A stretch of 47,220 bases of DNA. Source: Campylobacterales bacterium. Its GTDB lineage: Bacteria > Campylobacterota > Campylobacteria > Campylobacterales > QNZT01. Below are positions 25,364-43,886 of the stretch, piece by piece (the stretch's first letter is position 1; every line of letters starts with the position of its first letter). The notes under the pieces are model-generated. The model was given only the letters and a program-made list of their open reading frames with translations, was not told the DNA's origin and searched no databases. A program made the position numbers and the translations under genes. Location of the stretch: the NCBI GenBank assembly GCA_027055005.1, contig JALUNR010000026.1:1-47220 (forward strand), written 5' to 3'.

Positions 25364-26195
25364 AAATATAAAAGTTGGAGAGTATAATACTCTTTTGATA
25401 GATAGGGATAGTTCTCACGGATACTATCTTATAAGTGAAGATGAAAGTGATGTTTTACTTCCTAGTGTCTATGTAAAAGATGAAATGATGATAGGAAATG
25501 AGGTAAAAGTTTTTGTTTATCGTGATAGTGAAGATAGACTTATCGCTACTAGTGAGATTCCTAAACTTTGTGTTGGAGAGTTTGCTTTTTTAGAAGTAGT
25601 TGATAAGACTGATTTTGGAGTTTTTGTTGATATTGGACTTTTAAAGCATGTGTTAGTTCCTAAAAAGATGCAAAAAGGAAACTTAAAAGTAGGGCAGAGC
25701 TATCTTTTTGCTTTAAGTTTAGATATAGATAGTGATAGACTTGTTTGTGATATGCGGATACATAGGTATTTGGATAAAGAAGTTAGCCATGCAAAGCATT
25801 TGAAACAAGTGGATTTGCTAGTAATTGCTAAAACTCCTTTAGGATTTAAAGTGATAGTAAATAATACTTTTGAGGGGCTTGTTTATGAAAATGAAATCTT
25901 TTCACCTCTAAAAGTAGGGGATAGGTTAAAAGGATATGTTAAAAAAGTGAGAGATGATGGAAAACTTGATATATCTATAAATCCTATGGGAAAAAATAAA
26001 GTAGATTTAAATACTCAAAAGGTAGTAGAGATTTTAAAGGAAAATAAAGGATTTTTGTTAGTTAACTATAAATCTGATGCTGATATAATAAAAAAGTATT
26101 TTGGTATGAGTAAAAAAGCTTTTAAGGCTAGTTTGACAAATCTTTTAAATACAAATCAAATAGAACTTAAAGATGGAGGAATTTGGTTAAAATGA
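25326..26195 (+). CDS. S1-domain RNA-binding protein of the CvfB/YitL family
   Basis: About 280 aa with repeated S1-like segments (GEYNTLLIDR.., GEFAFLEVVDKTDFGVFVDIG, GDRLKGYVKKVRDDGKLDIS) and a winged-helix-like C-terminus. Start uncertain (TTG at 25326 or 25356). Confidence 0.6.
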   Translation: MEKQSIRVKSLNKNIKVGEYNTLLIDRDSSHGYYLISEDESDVLLPSVYVKDEMMIGNEVKVFVYRDSEDRLIATSEIPKLCVGEFAFLEVVDKTDFGVFVDIGLLKHVLVPKKMQKGNLKVGQSYLFALSLDIDSDRLVCDMRIHRYLDKEVSHAKHLKQVDLLVIAKTPLGFKVIVNNTFEGLVYENEIFSPLKVGDRLKGYVKKVRDDGKLDISINPMGKNKVDLNTQKVVEILKENKGFLLVNYKSDADIIKKYFGMSKKAFKASLTNLLNTNQIELKDGGIWLK

Positions 26196-26863
26196 ATAAA
26201 ATAATATACATAGTAGTTGTAGTTTTGATGGGAGTTGTAGGTTATCAAGCTTTTCAAATGAGAGAGCTTAAAAAAGAAATCGTAAAGAAACAAAATGAAC
26301 CTGAAGTTACTATACATATAGATAAGGTAGAAAATAAAACAAATCTTATACAATCGGATAAAAATAAAACTTTGGATAAAGTAGTAAAAAAAGATTTTCA
26401 AAAGATTTTCAAGGATATATTTGGGAATAAAGAAGTAAAAGAGGGAATTAATAAAAGTGTAATTGAGTTTAAAAAAGGATTAAATCAAGCTATAACTGAA
26501 CTTCAAAAGCAAGTTAAAAGTATGGATAATGACAATGGAAATATTTTTAATGATTTGATAAAAGAGCTTGGAGTTGGAGAATTTAAAACTTTTAAGGATA
26601 ATGGAGAATTTTATAGTTATACAATTGATATTGATAGTGAACACTCTCGTGTGAATATAGATGCAAAAAATGGATTTTTATATATAGATATAACTTCAAA
26701 AGATGAAAAGAAAAGTGAAAATAGTGTTATTAAAAAACAAAGCCAAAGAAGTATAGTTTTGAGTCTTCCAAAAGATGGGCTTGTTGAAAAAATAAAAAGT
26801 GAGTATAAAAATAAAAAACTTTACATAACAATACCTAAAATAAAATCTAAGATAAAAACATGA
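26192..26863 (+). CDS. membrane-anchored protein with a C-terminal Hsp20/alpha-crystallin-like domain (tentative)
   Basis: N-terminal TM helix IIYIVVVVLMGVVGYQAF. The C-terminus YSYTIDID..NIDAKNGFLYIDITSK...RSIVLSLPKDGLVEKIKSEYKNKKLYITIPK follows the ACD pattern. ATG at 26192 lies 11 nt after GGAGGA. Confidence 0.4.
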   Translation: MNKIIYIVVVVLMGVVGYQAFQMRELKKEIVKKQNEPEVTIHIDKVENKTNLIQSDKNKTLDKVVKKDFQKIFKDIFGNKEVKEGINKSVIEFKKGLNQAITELQKQVKSMDNDNGNIFNDLIKELGVGEFKTFKDNGEFYSYTIDIDSEHSRVNIDAKNGFLYIDITSKDEKKSENSVIKKQSQRSIVLSLPKDGLVEKIKSEYKNKKLYITIPKIKSKIKT

Positions 26864-27189
26864 TAGAAGTTAATAGTTTAGATAATGTAAAAAAACTGAT
26901 AGATAGTGAGCTTGGAGTACTACTTTACTTTTCAACTCCAACTTGCAATGTTTGTCAAGCACTAAAACCAAAGATAATAAATGAGTTTGATAAAAATTTT
27001 CCACTTATTAAAAAAGTTTTTGTGGATAGCAGTGTATCTCCAGAGATAGCAGCTAATTACAATGTCTTTTCAGTTCCTACAATGCTTCTTTTCTTGGATA
27101 AAAAAGAGTTTGCAAGAGAGGGAAGAAATGTTAGTGTCGCTTTGTTTGTGGATAGGATAAAAAGGGTGTATGAAATAATGATTAGTTAA
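26860..27189 (+). CDS. thioredoxin-fold protein (CNVC active site)
   Basis: 109 aa. LLYFSTPTCNVCQALKP contains a CxxC motif, and a cis-Pro-like VPT is present. ATGA overlap with the upstream gene. Confidence 0.75.
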   Translation: MIEVNSLDNVKKLIDSELGVLLYFSTPTCNVCQALKPKIINEFDKNFPLIKKVFVDSSVSPEIAANYNVFSVPTMLLFLDKKEFAREGRNVSVALFVDRIKRVYEIMIS

Positions 27190-27913
27190 TTTCATACACA
27201 TATTCTTTTTGATTTTTTTTCTTTATTATTTCTTTTATTGTTAAACCTTTAAAATTTATATTTGCAAATTTTGCATCGGAGTCTGGTTGAACTTTTGATA
27301 ATTTTCTTGCAATAAGACCTCTATAAGCTTTTGCCCAGTGGCTTACTACTTTTCCATTTTTTAGAAACTTACAAGTTATATGCTCTTTTTTTATTGTGTA
27401 AAATTTTTCGTAGTGTTTTGCTCTAAGGTCTATAATAAACTCATCATCTAAAAACTTATCTAGCTCATTAGAAAAATTTTGTTTATAAAACTTTGCTATA
27501 TCAAAATCTCCTATTTTTGCTCCTTGTGATAGTCTATAATATGGAATTTGATCTTTTGCCAGTAATATTCCAAATAGATTTGAGAAAATGACAAGGTTGT
27601 TATCAATAAAATTCTTTGCATAAGAAGGCAGTGAAGCATAATCAAGATAATCATAAGCAATACCGTCATATTTTTGTATTGCTTTTAGAGTTTTTTCTTT
27701 GAAAATATTTATTTTTTGATTTTGGATGATTTCATGTTCTTTTTTTAGTCCAAAAAGTTTACTTAACTCGTTCAAAGTTGAATTATTTAAATAATCATTA
27801 TAGAGATTTAAAACTTTATCTCTTGGATTTTTATTGAAAAATAGAGAATTTTTATCAAATACATCTTCTCCACCTTTAATTTTTCCTTCGCTTGGTGCAA
27901 AAAGTATCTTCAT
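27182..27913 (-). CDS. yaaA: YaaA-family (DUF328/UPF0246) peroxide-stress protein
   Basis: 243 aa. MKILFAPSEGK N-terminus and ..SHWAKAYRG.. near the C-terminus, typical of YaaA as I recall it. Confidence 0.7.
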   Translation of the reverse strand: MKILFAPSEGKIKGGEDVFDKNSLFFNKNPRDKVLNLYNDYLNNSTLNELSKLFGLKKEHEIIQNQKINIFKEKTLKAIQKYDGIAYDYLDYASLPSYAKNFIDNNLVIFSNLFGILLAKDQIPYYRLSQGAKIGDFDIAKFYKQNFSNELDKFLDDEFIIDLRAKHYEKFYTIKKEHITCKFLKNGKVVSHWAKAYRGLIARKLSKVQPDSDAKFANINFKGLTIKEIIKKKNQKEYVYEIN

Positions 27914-27990
27914 AATATGCCTTTGTTTAGGGATTTAGAGAGTATAGCAAAAAAAAATATAAAATTTTTGTAAAAAAGTGACGATTTTAC

Positions 27991-28019
27991 TTGACAAATA
28001 AAAAAAAATTGTATATAAT
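27991..28019 (+). promoter_or_regulatory. consensus sigma70 promoter (TTGACA-17-TATAAT) for the tRNA-tuf transcription unit
   Basis: TTGACA at 27991-27996 and TATAAT at 28014-28019, about 33 nt upstream of tRNA-Thr. Confidence 0.7.
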
Positions 28020-28050
28020 CACGGCTCATTTATCGGATAACCGATTAAAA

Positions 28051-28127
<77 letters not shown>

Positions 28128-28172
28128 TTTTTTTTAATACAGTGTTTGACCAGAAATACTGGTGGAATAAAA

Positions 28173-28258
<86 letters not shown>

Positions 28259-28266
28259 CTAAATAT

Positions 28267-28343
<77 letters not shown>

Positions 28344-28472
28344 TTTGAACTGGGAGCTGTTATATCTACATAGTTAATGTTATTATTGTAGTTAGTAACA
28401 CTTCATAAAAGTTTAAATTCAGGTTAATAAAGTATTGTATTATGGTTATTAAGTCGTATGAGCAAAAAAATT

Positions 28473-28547
<75 letters not shown>

Positions 28548-28548
28548 G

Positions 28549-28572
28549 TAAAAGTTTTGGCCAAAACTTTTA
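28549..28572 (+). other. perfect 24-nt palindrome between tRNA-Thr and tuf (possible processing or attenuator hairpin)
   Basis: TAAAAGTTTTGGCCAAAACTTTTA begins 2 nt after the tRNA CCA. The stem is all A-T with a GGCC apex. Confidence 0.4.
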
Positions 28573-28611
28573 ACAAACAAGTTAAAAATAAAATTTAAAT
28601 CGGAGGATACA

Positions 28612-29811
28612 ATGGCAAAAGAAAAGTTCGAAAGAAGTAAGCCACATGTAAATATAGGTACTATTGGTCATGTTGATCATGGTAAAACAACTCTTACAGC
28701 AGCAATCTCTGCAGTTCTAGCAACTAAAGGTCTTTGTGAGCTAAAAGATTATGATGGTATTGATAATGCACCAGAAGAGAGAGAAAGAGGTATTACGATA
28801 GCTACTTCTCATATCGAGTATGAAACAGATAACAGACACTATGCTCATGTTGATTGTCCAGGGCATGCTGATTATGTTAAAAATATGATTACTGGTGCTG
28901 CACAAATGGATGGTGCTATATTAGTTGTTAGTGCGGCTGATGGACCAATGCCACAAACTAGAGAGCATATATTACTTTCAAGACAAGTTGGTGTACCTTA
29001 TATAGTAGTTTTCATGAACAAAGAAGATATGGTTGATGATGAAGAGTTACTAGAATTAGTTGAAATGGAAATCAGAGAGTTACTTTCTGAGTATGACTTC
29101 CCAGGTGATGATACTCCTGTAGTTGCAGGATCAGCTCTTAAAGCTTTAGAAGAAGCTAAAGAGGGTAAAGTTGATGCATGGGGAGAAAAAATCCTTAAAC
29201 TTATGGATGAAGTTGATGCATATATCCCAACTCCAGAAAGAGATACTGATAAAGATTTCTTGATGCCAGTTGAAGATGTTTTCTCAATCTCAGGAAGAGG
29301 AACTGTTGCAACAGGTAGAATCGAGAGAGGTGTTATCAAAGTTGGTGAAGAGGTTGAAATCGTTGGTATAAAAGACACTCAAAAAACAACTGTAACTGGT
29401 GTTGAAATGTTTAGAAAAGAGATGGAGCAAGGTGAAGCAGGTGATAACTGTGGTATACTTCTAAGAGGAACTAAAAAAGAAGATATCGAAAGAGGTATGG
29501 TTCTTTGTAAGCCAGGTTCTATAACTCCACATACTAAATTTGAGGCTGAGGTTTATGTATTAAGTAAAGATGAGGGTGGAAGACATACACCATTTTTTAA
29601 CAATTATAGACCACAATTTTATGTAAGAACAACAGATGTTACAGGTTCAATCACACTTCCAGAGGGAACTGAAATGGTTATGCCAGGTGATAATGTAAAA
29701 ATCAATGTTGAACTAATCGCACCTATCGCTATGGAAGAGGGAACTAGATTTGCTATCCGTGAGGGTGGTAGAACTGTTGGTGCTGGTGTTGTTTCTAAAA
29801 TAATAGCATAA
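28612..29811 (+). CDS. tuf: elongation factor Tu
   Basis: 399 aa. [14 protein letters not shown] and NKEDMV GTPase motifs. GGAGGA RBS. Confidence 0.99.
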   Translation: MAKEKFERSKPHVNIGTIGHVDHGKTTLTAAISAVLATKGLCELKDYDGIDNAPEERERGITIATSHIEYETDNRHYAHVDCPGHADYVKNMITGAAQMDGAILVVSAADGPMPQTREHILLSRQVGVPYIVVFMNKEDMVDDEELLELVEMEIRELLSEYDFPGDDTPVVAGSALKALEEAKEGKVDAWGEKILKLMDEVDAYIPTPERDTDKDFLMPVEDVFSISGRGTVATGRIERGVIKVGEEVEIVGIKDTQKTTVTGVEMFRKEMEQGEAGDNCGILLRGTKKEDIERGMVLCKPGSITPHTKFEAEVYVLSKDEGGRHTPFFNNYRPQFYVRTTDVTGSITLPEGTEMVMPGDNVKINVELIAPIAMEEGTRFAIREGGRTVGAGVVSKIIA

Positions 29812-29820
29812 GTTATAAAA

Positions 29821-29842
29821 GTAAGGAAATTTCCTTGCTTTT
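29821..29842 (+). terminator. weak hairpin plus T-run after tuf (possible attenuator before rpmG)
   Basis: GTAAGGA-AATT-TCCTTGC followed by TTTT. The stem has only three G-C pairs. Confidence 0.35.
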
Positions 29843-29857
29843 AAAAGAGGAAAAAAT

Positions 29858-30016
29858 ATGACAGTAAAAATAGGTTTAAAATGTGAAGAGTGTGGTGATA
29901 TAAACTACTCTACAACTAAAAATAATAAGACTCATACTGAAAAAATGACTCTTAAAAAGTTTTGTAGAAGAGATAAAAAACATACTGTTCACAAAGAAAC
30001 AAAACTAAAAAGTTAG
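29858..30016 (+). CDS. rpmG: 50S ribosomal protein L33; below the ORF-track size cutoff
   Basis: Translated by hand: [52 protein letters not shown] (52 aa). It has the CxxC..C pattern of zinc-type L33 and an AGAGGAAAAAA RBS. The position between tuf and tRNA-Trp matches Campylobacter. Confidence 0.9.
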   Translation: MTVKIGLKCEECGDINYSTTKNNKTHTEKMTLKKFCRRDKKHTVHKETKLKS

Positions 30017-30043
30017 GTTTTTTGAAAATCTATCTTTTTTGAG

Positions 30044-30083
30044 ACAGCTAGGAAGAAAAATCAAGTGATTTTCTTCAAGCTGT
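30044..30083 (+). other. long imperfect hairpin between rpmG and tRNA-Trp (terminator or RNase processing stem)
   Basis: ACAGCTAGGAAGAAAAATCA / TGATTTTCTTCAAGCTGT gives about 17 bp with one mismatch and two bulges. It ends 7 nt before tRNA-Trp. Confidence 0.4.
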
Positions 30084-30090
30084 TACCCAC

Positions 30091-30167
30091 AGGGCAATAG
30101 CTCCAATTGGTAGAGCGCCGGATTCCAAATCCGATGGTTGGGGGTTCGAGTCCCTCTTGCCCTGCCA
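30091..30167 (+). tRNA. tRNA-Trp (anticodon CCA)
   Basis: Acceptor AGGGCAA/TTGCCCT, anticodon loop TTCCAAA, T-arm GGGGG-TTCGAGT-CCCTC, encoded CCA. Confidence 0.92.
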
Positions 30168-30183
30168 CTAAATAGGAAGAAAT

Positions 30184-30363
30184 ATGAGTAAGTTACTTGA
30201 GAGTGTAAAAGATGCGAAGATAGAGATAAGAAAGGTTATTTTTCCGACTCGTGATCAAGTTAGAAATGCCTTTATATCTGTAATAATTGTTGTAACTGTT
30301 GTATCACTATTTTTAGCTTTAATAGATGGGATAATGTCTTTATCATTATCTAATATTTTATAA
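30184..30363 (+). CDS. secE: preprotein translocase subunit SecE; below the ORF-track size cutoff
   Basis: Translated by hand: MSKLLESVKDAKIEIRKVIFPTRDQVRNAFISVIIVVTVVSLFLALIDGIMSLSLSNIL (59 aa). It has one TM helix, a KV.FPTR motif and the canonical position before nusG. Confidence 0.85.
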   Translation: MSKLLESVKDAKIEIRKVIFPTRDQVRNAFISVIIVVTVVSLFLALIDGIMSLSLSNIL

Positions 30364-30375
30364 TTAGGTTGAATA

Positions 30376-30909
30376 ATGTCTGATTTTAAATGGTATGCAA
30401 TTCAAACTTATGCTGGAAGTGAAATGAGTGTAAAAAATGCAATTGAAAACATTTTTGCACAACTTGGAGAAGAAGATAAACTTCAAGAGATAATAGTTCC
30501 AACAGAAGATGTTATTGAAGTTAAAAATGGTGAGAAGAAAATAAGCCAAAGATGTCTGTATTCTGGATATGTATTTGCAAATCTAGTACTTGATATGAAT
30601 ATCTGGCATAAAATTCAATCTCTTCCAAAAGTAAGTAGATTTATTGGTGAGAGTAAAAAACCTACTCCATTATCTGATAAGGATATTACACTTATTTTGG
30701 AGAAAGCTCAAAACAAAGCAGCTCCAAAACCAAAAATATCTTTTGATGTTGGTGAGAGTGTTAGGATAACTGATGGTCCATTTTCAAACTTTACAGGTGT
30801 TGTAGAGGAATATGATATGGTTCATGGGACTTTAAAACTAAATGTTTCTATTTTTGGAAGAAGTACACCAGTTGAGATTACATATTCTCAAGTAGAAAAA
30901 ATAATATAA
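30376..30909 (+). CDS. nusG: transcription termination/antitermination factor NusG
   Basis: 177 aa. KWYAIQTYAGSE N-terminus and a KOW region GESVRITDGPFSNFTGVV. Confidence 0.97.
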   Translation: MSDFKWYAIQTYAGSEMSVKNAIENIFAQLGEEDKLQEIIVPTEDVIEVKNGEKKISQRCLYSGYVFANLVLDMNIWHKIQSLPKVSRFIGESKKPTPLSDKDITLILEKAQNKAAPKPKISFDVGESVRITDGPFSNFTGVVEEYDMVHGTLKLNVSIFGRSTPVEITYSQVEKII

Positions 30910-30926
30910 ATTAAAGAGGAAAAGAT

Positions 30927-31352
30927 ATGGCGAAAAAAGTAACAGGTCAAATAAAACTGCAAATTCCTGCAGGAGCCGCAAATCCATCACCTCCAGTTGG
31001 TCCAGCACTTGGTCAACAAGGTGTAAATATCATGGAGTTTTGTAAAGCATTCAATGAAAAAACAAAAGCAATGGCTGGATTTAATATCCCAGTTATCATA
31101 ACAGTTTATGCAGATAGAAGTTTTACATTTATCACTAAACAACCACCTGCATCTGATTTGATCAAAAAAGCAGCGGGAATCAAAAAAGGTAGTGATAATC
31201 CACTAAAAAATAAAATTGCAAAATTAACTAAAGAGCAAGTTTTAGAAATAGTTGAGAAAAAAATAGAAGATTTAAATACAAATGATAAAGAACAAGCAGC
31301 TAAAATTATAGCTGGTAGTGCAAGAAGCATGGGTGTTGAAGTAGAGGGGTAA
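30927..31352 (+). CDS. rplK: 50S ribosomal protein L11
   Basis: [43 protein letters not shown]. Confidence 0.98.
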   Translation: MAKKVTGQIKLQIPAGAANPSPPVGPALGQQGVNIMEFCKAFNEKTKAMAGFNIPVIITVYADRSFTFITKQPPASDLIKKAAGIKKGSDNPLKNKIAKLTKEQVLEIVEKKIEDLNTNDKEQAAKIIAGSARSMGVEVEG

Positions 31353-31423
31353 ACCCTTTATTTTATTTATAAAAAACCATAACCACGGGTTAAAGTGGTA
31401 GCAAAAAAAAGCGGAGAGAATTT

Positions 31424-32128
31424 ATGGCAAAGAAATTATCTAAAAGATATAGTGCATTATTAGAAAAAGTAGATGTAACAAAAGAATATAGTGTAGAAGA
31501 AGCACTAAAATTAGTAAAAGATTTAAAATCAGCAAAATTTGATGAAACTGTTGAAGTTTCTCTTAAACTAAATGTTGATCCAAGACATGCTGATCAAATG
31601 ATAAGAGGTTCAGTAGTCCTTCCAGCAGGTACTGGAAAAACTGTAAGGGTTGCAGTAGTTTCAAAAGGTGCTAAAGTGGATGAGGCAAAAGAAGCTGGTG
31701 CTGATATAGCTGGTGGAGCTGAAATTATTGAAGATATTCAAGCTGGAAATATTAATTTTGATGTACTTATAGCAAGTCCAGATATGATGGGGCTTGTTGG
31801 TAGAGTTGGTCGAGTTTTAGGACCAAAAGGTTTGATGCCAAATCCAAAAACAGGAACTGTTACTATGGATGTAGCAACTGCTGTTAAAAATGCAAAAGGT
31901 GGACAAGTAAACTTTAGAGTTGATAAACATGGAAATATTCATGCAGGAATTGGTAAAGTTTCATTTAGTGCTGAAGATATAAAAGCAAACTTTGATACTT
32001 TTGTAACAGCTATAAATAAGCATAAACCATCAACTGCAAAAGGAAGATATATTCAGCATGGAGCTATTTCTTTAACAATGAGTCCTGGTATTGCTATGGA
32101 TCCGTTGGAATTGTTAGAGATAAAATAA
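31424..32128 (+). CDS. rplA: 50S ribosomal protein L1
   Basis: 234 aa. [34 protein letters not shown]. Confidence 0.98.
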   Translation: MAKKLSKRYSALLEKVDVTKEYSVEEALKLVKDLKSAKFDETVEVSLKLNVDPRHADQMIRGSVVLPAGTGKTVRVAVVSKGAKVDEAKEAGADIAGGAEIIEDIQAGNINFDVLIASPDMMGLVGRVGRVLGPKGLMPNPKTGTVTMDVATAVKNAKGGQVNFRVDKHGNIHAGIGKVSFSAEDIKANFDTFVTAINKHKPSTAKGRYIQHGAISLTMSPGIAMDPLELLEIK

Positions 32129-32259
32129 AAATTTAAAAATAAAAAGTAATCTTGTACTTGAGACAGTAGGGGCTAAATAGTTTAAATACCAAAGAAGTAT
32201 CCTCACTTCTTTTCTCTTTTGAGTGGTGCCCTACCGATTAAGTCGGAAAGGAGGAAATT
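32129..32259 (+). promoter_or_regulatory. structured rplJ leader (candidate L10(L12)4 autoregulatory site and/or L10 promoter)
   Basis: 131-nt spacer with a hairpin AAGAAGT-ATCCTC-ACTTCTT and a long-range pairing GTAGGG...CCCTAC just upstream of the AAAGGAGG RBS. Confidence 0.35.
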
Positions 32260-32751
32260 ATGTTAACAAGAGCTAAAAAAGAGAGCATTGTAGCTGAGCT
32301 TAGTGAAGAGTTTAAAGCTTCTGAAGCTATTGTGGTATGTGGATATACTGGTATCAAGTGCCAAGAGTTAGAGGAAGTAAGACAGCTAGCATTGGACAAT
32401 GAAGTTAATGTTAGAGTTATAAAAAATTCACTTGCTAATCTTGCTATGAAAAATGCTGGTATTGATGATATGGAATTAATTAATACAAACATTTATGTTT
32501 GGGGAAAAGATCAAATCAATACTTGTAAAGTTGCTGACAAAGCTGCAGAAAAATTCAAAGAAAAATTTGTTATGAAATCTGGAGCATTAGAAGGTAAAGC
32601 TGTTGAATTAGAAACTATCAATGCTATGGCTAAGTTACCAAGTCGTGATGAACTTATTGGTATGCTTCTATCTGTTTGGACAGCACCAGCAAGAAATTTT
32701 GTTACTGGGCTTGATAATCTTAGAGATAAATTAGAGCAAGAGAGTGCTTAA
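32260..32751 (+). CDS. rplJ: 50S ribosomal protein L10
   Basis: 163 aa. Position and sequence (MLTRAKKESIVAELSEEFK...) are typical of L10. Confidence 0.97.
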   Translation: MLTRAKKESIVAELSEEFKASEAIVVCGYTGIKCQELEEVRQLALDNEVNVRVIKNSLANLAMKNAGIDDMELINTNIYVWGKDQINTCKVADKAAEKFKEKFVMKSGALEGKAVELETINAMAKLPSRDELIGMLLSVWTAPARNFVTGLDNLRDKLEQESA

Positions 32752-32792
32752 TAAGTTAGAAATTAAAAAATAAAAATAAAAAAGGAAATAAT

Positions 32793-33164
32793 ATGGCAAT
32801 AAGTAAAGAAGATGTTTTAGAATATATCTCAGGTCTTACTGTTTTAGAGCTTTCAGAGCTTGTAAAAGAGTTTGAAGAAAAATTTGGTGTATCAGCACAA
32901 CCAACTGTTGTAGCTGGTGGAGCTGCTGCTGGTGGAGCTGCTGAAGAAGAGAAAACAGAGTTTGATGTAATCTTAAAAGATGCTGGAGCTAAAAAAATAA
33001 ATGTTATTAAAGCAGTAAGAGCATTAACTGGTTTAGGACTTAAAGAAGCTAAAGCTGCAACAGAAGATACTCCAAGTACTATAAAAGAAGCTGTAAGTAA
33101 AGAAGATGCTGAAGAAGCTAAAAAACAATTAGAAGAAGCTGGAGCAACAGCAGAAATTAAATAA
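32793..33164 (+). CDS. rplL: 50S ribosomal protein L7/L12
   Basis: 123 aa. Ala/Gly hinge [12 protein letters not shown] and C-terminus [17 protein letters not shown]. Confidence 0.98.
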   Translation: MAISKEDVLEYISGLTVLELSELVKEFEEKFGVSAQPTVVAGGAAAGGAAEEEKTEFDVILKDAGAKKINVIKAVRALTGLGLKEAKAATEDTPSTIKEAVSKEDAEEAKKQLEEAGATAEIK

Positions 33165-33167
33165 TTT

Positions 33168-33190
33168 AAAGGTAGGGATTTCCTACCTTT
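33168..33190 (+). terminator. rplL-rpoB attenuator hairpin
   Basis: Perfect 9-bp stem AAAGGTAGG / CCTACCTTT with loop GATTT, 4 nt after the rplL stop, followed by AATTGTTTTT. The E. coli rplL-rpoB spacer has an attenuator at the equivalent position. Confidence 0.6.
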
Positions 33191-33365
33191 AATTGTTTTT
33201 ATGCAATATATTTTATTTTTATAAGATATAATAAAATATATTGGATAAAAACTCCACTAGGGTATATAAATCCCTATATCCAAAGGGCATCTTTAATAAA
33301 TAAGTTATGTCCATAATTGTGGTCGCTCCACAAATAAAATTTGCAAATTAATTCTTCAGAGGTAG

Positions 33366-42021
<8,656 letters not shown>

Positions 42022-42034
42022 GGAAGGAAAAGCT

Positions 42035-42889
42035 ATGAGATGGGAAGATAGAGAAGGAAGTAATAATATAGATGATAGAAGAACATCAAGTAGTGTTAAA
42101 AAAGTAGGTGGTATAGGAGGTATCCTAATAGCTGCTGTTATTACTTATGTTATGAGTGGTGGAGATATGGGTGCAGTTTTAAACTCTGTACTTTCAAACT
42201 CAATATCATCAACTACTACTTCTTCATCTTCTCATATCAGTAAAGATGAGCAAAGAAATGCAAAGTTTGTTTCTGTTGTTTTAAAAGATACTGAGGATGT
42301 TTGGTCTGCAGTTCTTCCAAAATATGGTGTAAAATATAAAAAACCAGTCTTAGTTATGTATAGAGGTTCTACTACAAGTGGATGTGGTGGAGCAAGTAGT
42401 GCTATGGGGCCTTTTTATTGTCCAGTTGATCAAAAAGTATATCTTGACCTTGGATTTTTTGATGAACTTAGACAAAAATTTCATGCTAGTGGTGATTTTG
42501 CGGAAGCTTATGTTATAGCTCATGAAGTAGGTCATCATGTCCAAAATCTTTTAGGAATACTTCCACAAGTTCATAAAAAAGAGAGAATGTTAAGTAAAAA
42601 AGCAGCAAATGCACTCTCTGTTAAAACTGAACTTCAAGCTGATTGTTTTGCAGGAGTTTGGGCAAAATATGATGAACAGCTTCATCATGTGTTACAAAAA
42701 GGTGATATACAAGAAGCACTAAATGCTGCCGAGCAAATAGGTGATGATACTTTGCAAAAAAATGCACAAGGATATGCAGTTCCTGATAGTTTTACTCACG
42801 GAACTAGTAAACAAAGAATGAATTGGTTTTATAGAGGATTTAATTCTGGAAATTTAAATTCTTGCAATACTTTTAAACTTATTCGATAA
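42035..42889 (+). CDS. ypfJ: YpfJ-family neutral zinc metallopeptidase (one TM segment)
   Basis: MRWEDREGSNNIDDRR N-terminus, MGPFYCP, GDFAEAYVIAHEVGHHVQN (HExxH), ELQADCFAGVW, VPDSFTHGTS.QR. Collinear with E. coli YpfJ as I recall it. Starts 13 nt after the rpoC stop. Confidence 0.9.
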   Translation: MRWEDREGSNNIDDRRTSSSVKKVGGIGGILIAAVITYVMSGGDMGAVLNSVLSNSISSTTTSSSSHISKDEQRNAKFVSVVLKDTEDVWSAVLPKYGVKYKKPVLVMYRGSTTSGCGGASSAMGPFYCPVDQKVYLDLGFFDELRQKFHASGDFAEAYVIAHEVGHHVQNLLGILPQVHKKERMLSKKAANALSVKTELQADCFAGVWAKYDEQLHHVLQKGDIQEALNAAEQIGDDTLQKNAQGYAVPDSFTHGTSKQRMNWFYRGFNSGNLNSCNTFKLIR

Positions 42890-42914
42890 ATTTTTATATA
42901 GTAAAGAGAAGGAG

Positions 42915-43847
42915 TTAGCTAACTAACTCTTCACTTTGTATTGTAGCAATTATATCACTTAAAACTCTATCTGATTCTTTTATAGGAACTTGACAAGTAC
43001 CTGCATTTTTATGTCCACCACCCTCAAATTCTAGCATTAATTTTCCTATATTAAATATAGAGTTTTTGTTTATGATGGATTTTCCTACTGCATACACAAT
43101 ATTTCGTTTTTGAAATCCCCAAATTTTATGTATAGATATTTCAGCTTCAGGATAAAGAGCATATATCATAAATCTATTTCCTGGATATATAATCTCTTCA
43201 TTTGTTAAATCAAGTACTACTATTTCATTATGAAGAGTTGAACACTTTCTAAGTTGATCTATAAAGTCATTTTTATAGTGGTTATATAAAGCAACTCTTT
43301 CTACTACATCGGGTTGTTTCATAATATCATTTATTTCATGATCTAAACAGTAATCAATCAAATCCATCATAAGTTGATAATTTGAAACTCTAAAGTTTCT
43401 AAATCTTCCAAGTCCAGTTCTAGCATCCATTATAAAGCTTAAAAGTACCCAATCTTGAGGATCTAGTATTTCATCTATTGTAAAATCAGCAGAATCAGCT
43501 TTGTTTGCAGCATCCATCATTGGACGAAACTTTTTAGGAAATGCATCGTCTCCTCCATAATATTGATAAATAACTTCAGCAGCTGATGGTGCATCTGGAT
43601 CTATGATATGATTATCTTTTATGTCATTTCTTAAAGTTTCACTTAAATGATGATCAAAAACAATGTAAGCTTTTTCATTATATGGTAGATTTGTAACTAT
43701 ATCTTTGTTATTAACCTCTATAACACCATCTTGCATATCTTTTGGATGAACGAATTTTATATCATCTATCATATTAAGATGTTTTAACAGTACTGCACAA
43801 ATCAAACCATCCATATCACTTCTTGTTACTAGTCGGTATTTTTCCAC
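42915..43847 (-). CDS. DHH/DHHA1-family phosphoesterase (NrnA/exopolyphosphatase-like)
   Basis: 310 aa. SDMDG, VFDHH and C-terminal GGGHKNAG motifs. GTG start preceded by AGGAG. Confidence 0.65.
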   Translation of the reverse strand: MEKYRLVTRSDMDGLICAVLLKHLNMIDDIKFVHPKDMQDGVIEVNNKDIVTNLPYNEKAYIVFDHHLSETLRNDIKDNHIIDPDAPSAAEVIYQYYGGDDAFPKKFRPMMDAANKADSADFTIDEILDPQDWVLLSFIMDARTGLGRFRNFRVSNYQLMMDLIDYCLDHEINDIMKQPDVVERVALYNHYKNDFIDQLRKCSTLHNEIVVLDLTNEEIIYPGNRFMIYALYPEAEISIHKIWGFQKRNIVYAVGKSIINKNSIFNIGKLMLEFEGGGHKNAGTCQVPIKESDRVLSDIIATIQSEELVS

Positions 43848-43878
43848 TGTTTTCTCCTATTTTCTTTATATATTGTAT

Positions 43879-43886
43879 ATATCGGC
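43879..43886 (-). promoter_or_regulatory. sigma28-type -10 box (GCCGATAT on the minus strand) upstream of the DHH phosphoesterase gene
   Basis: ATATCGGC on the plus strand, 31 nt upstream of the GTG at 43847. TAAT (not TAAA) sits at the 15-nt -35 position. Confidence 0.35.

Noticed and set aside
26156-26401. 81-aa minus-strand ORF
   Set aside because: It is antisense to the CvfB-like/Hsp20-like junction. Its F/Y/I-rich sequence is typical of reverse-frame noise.
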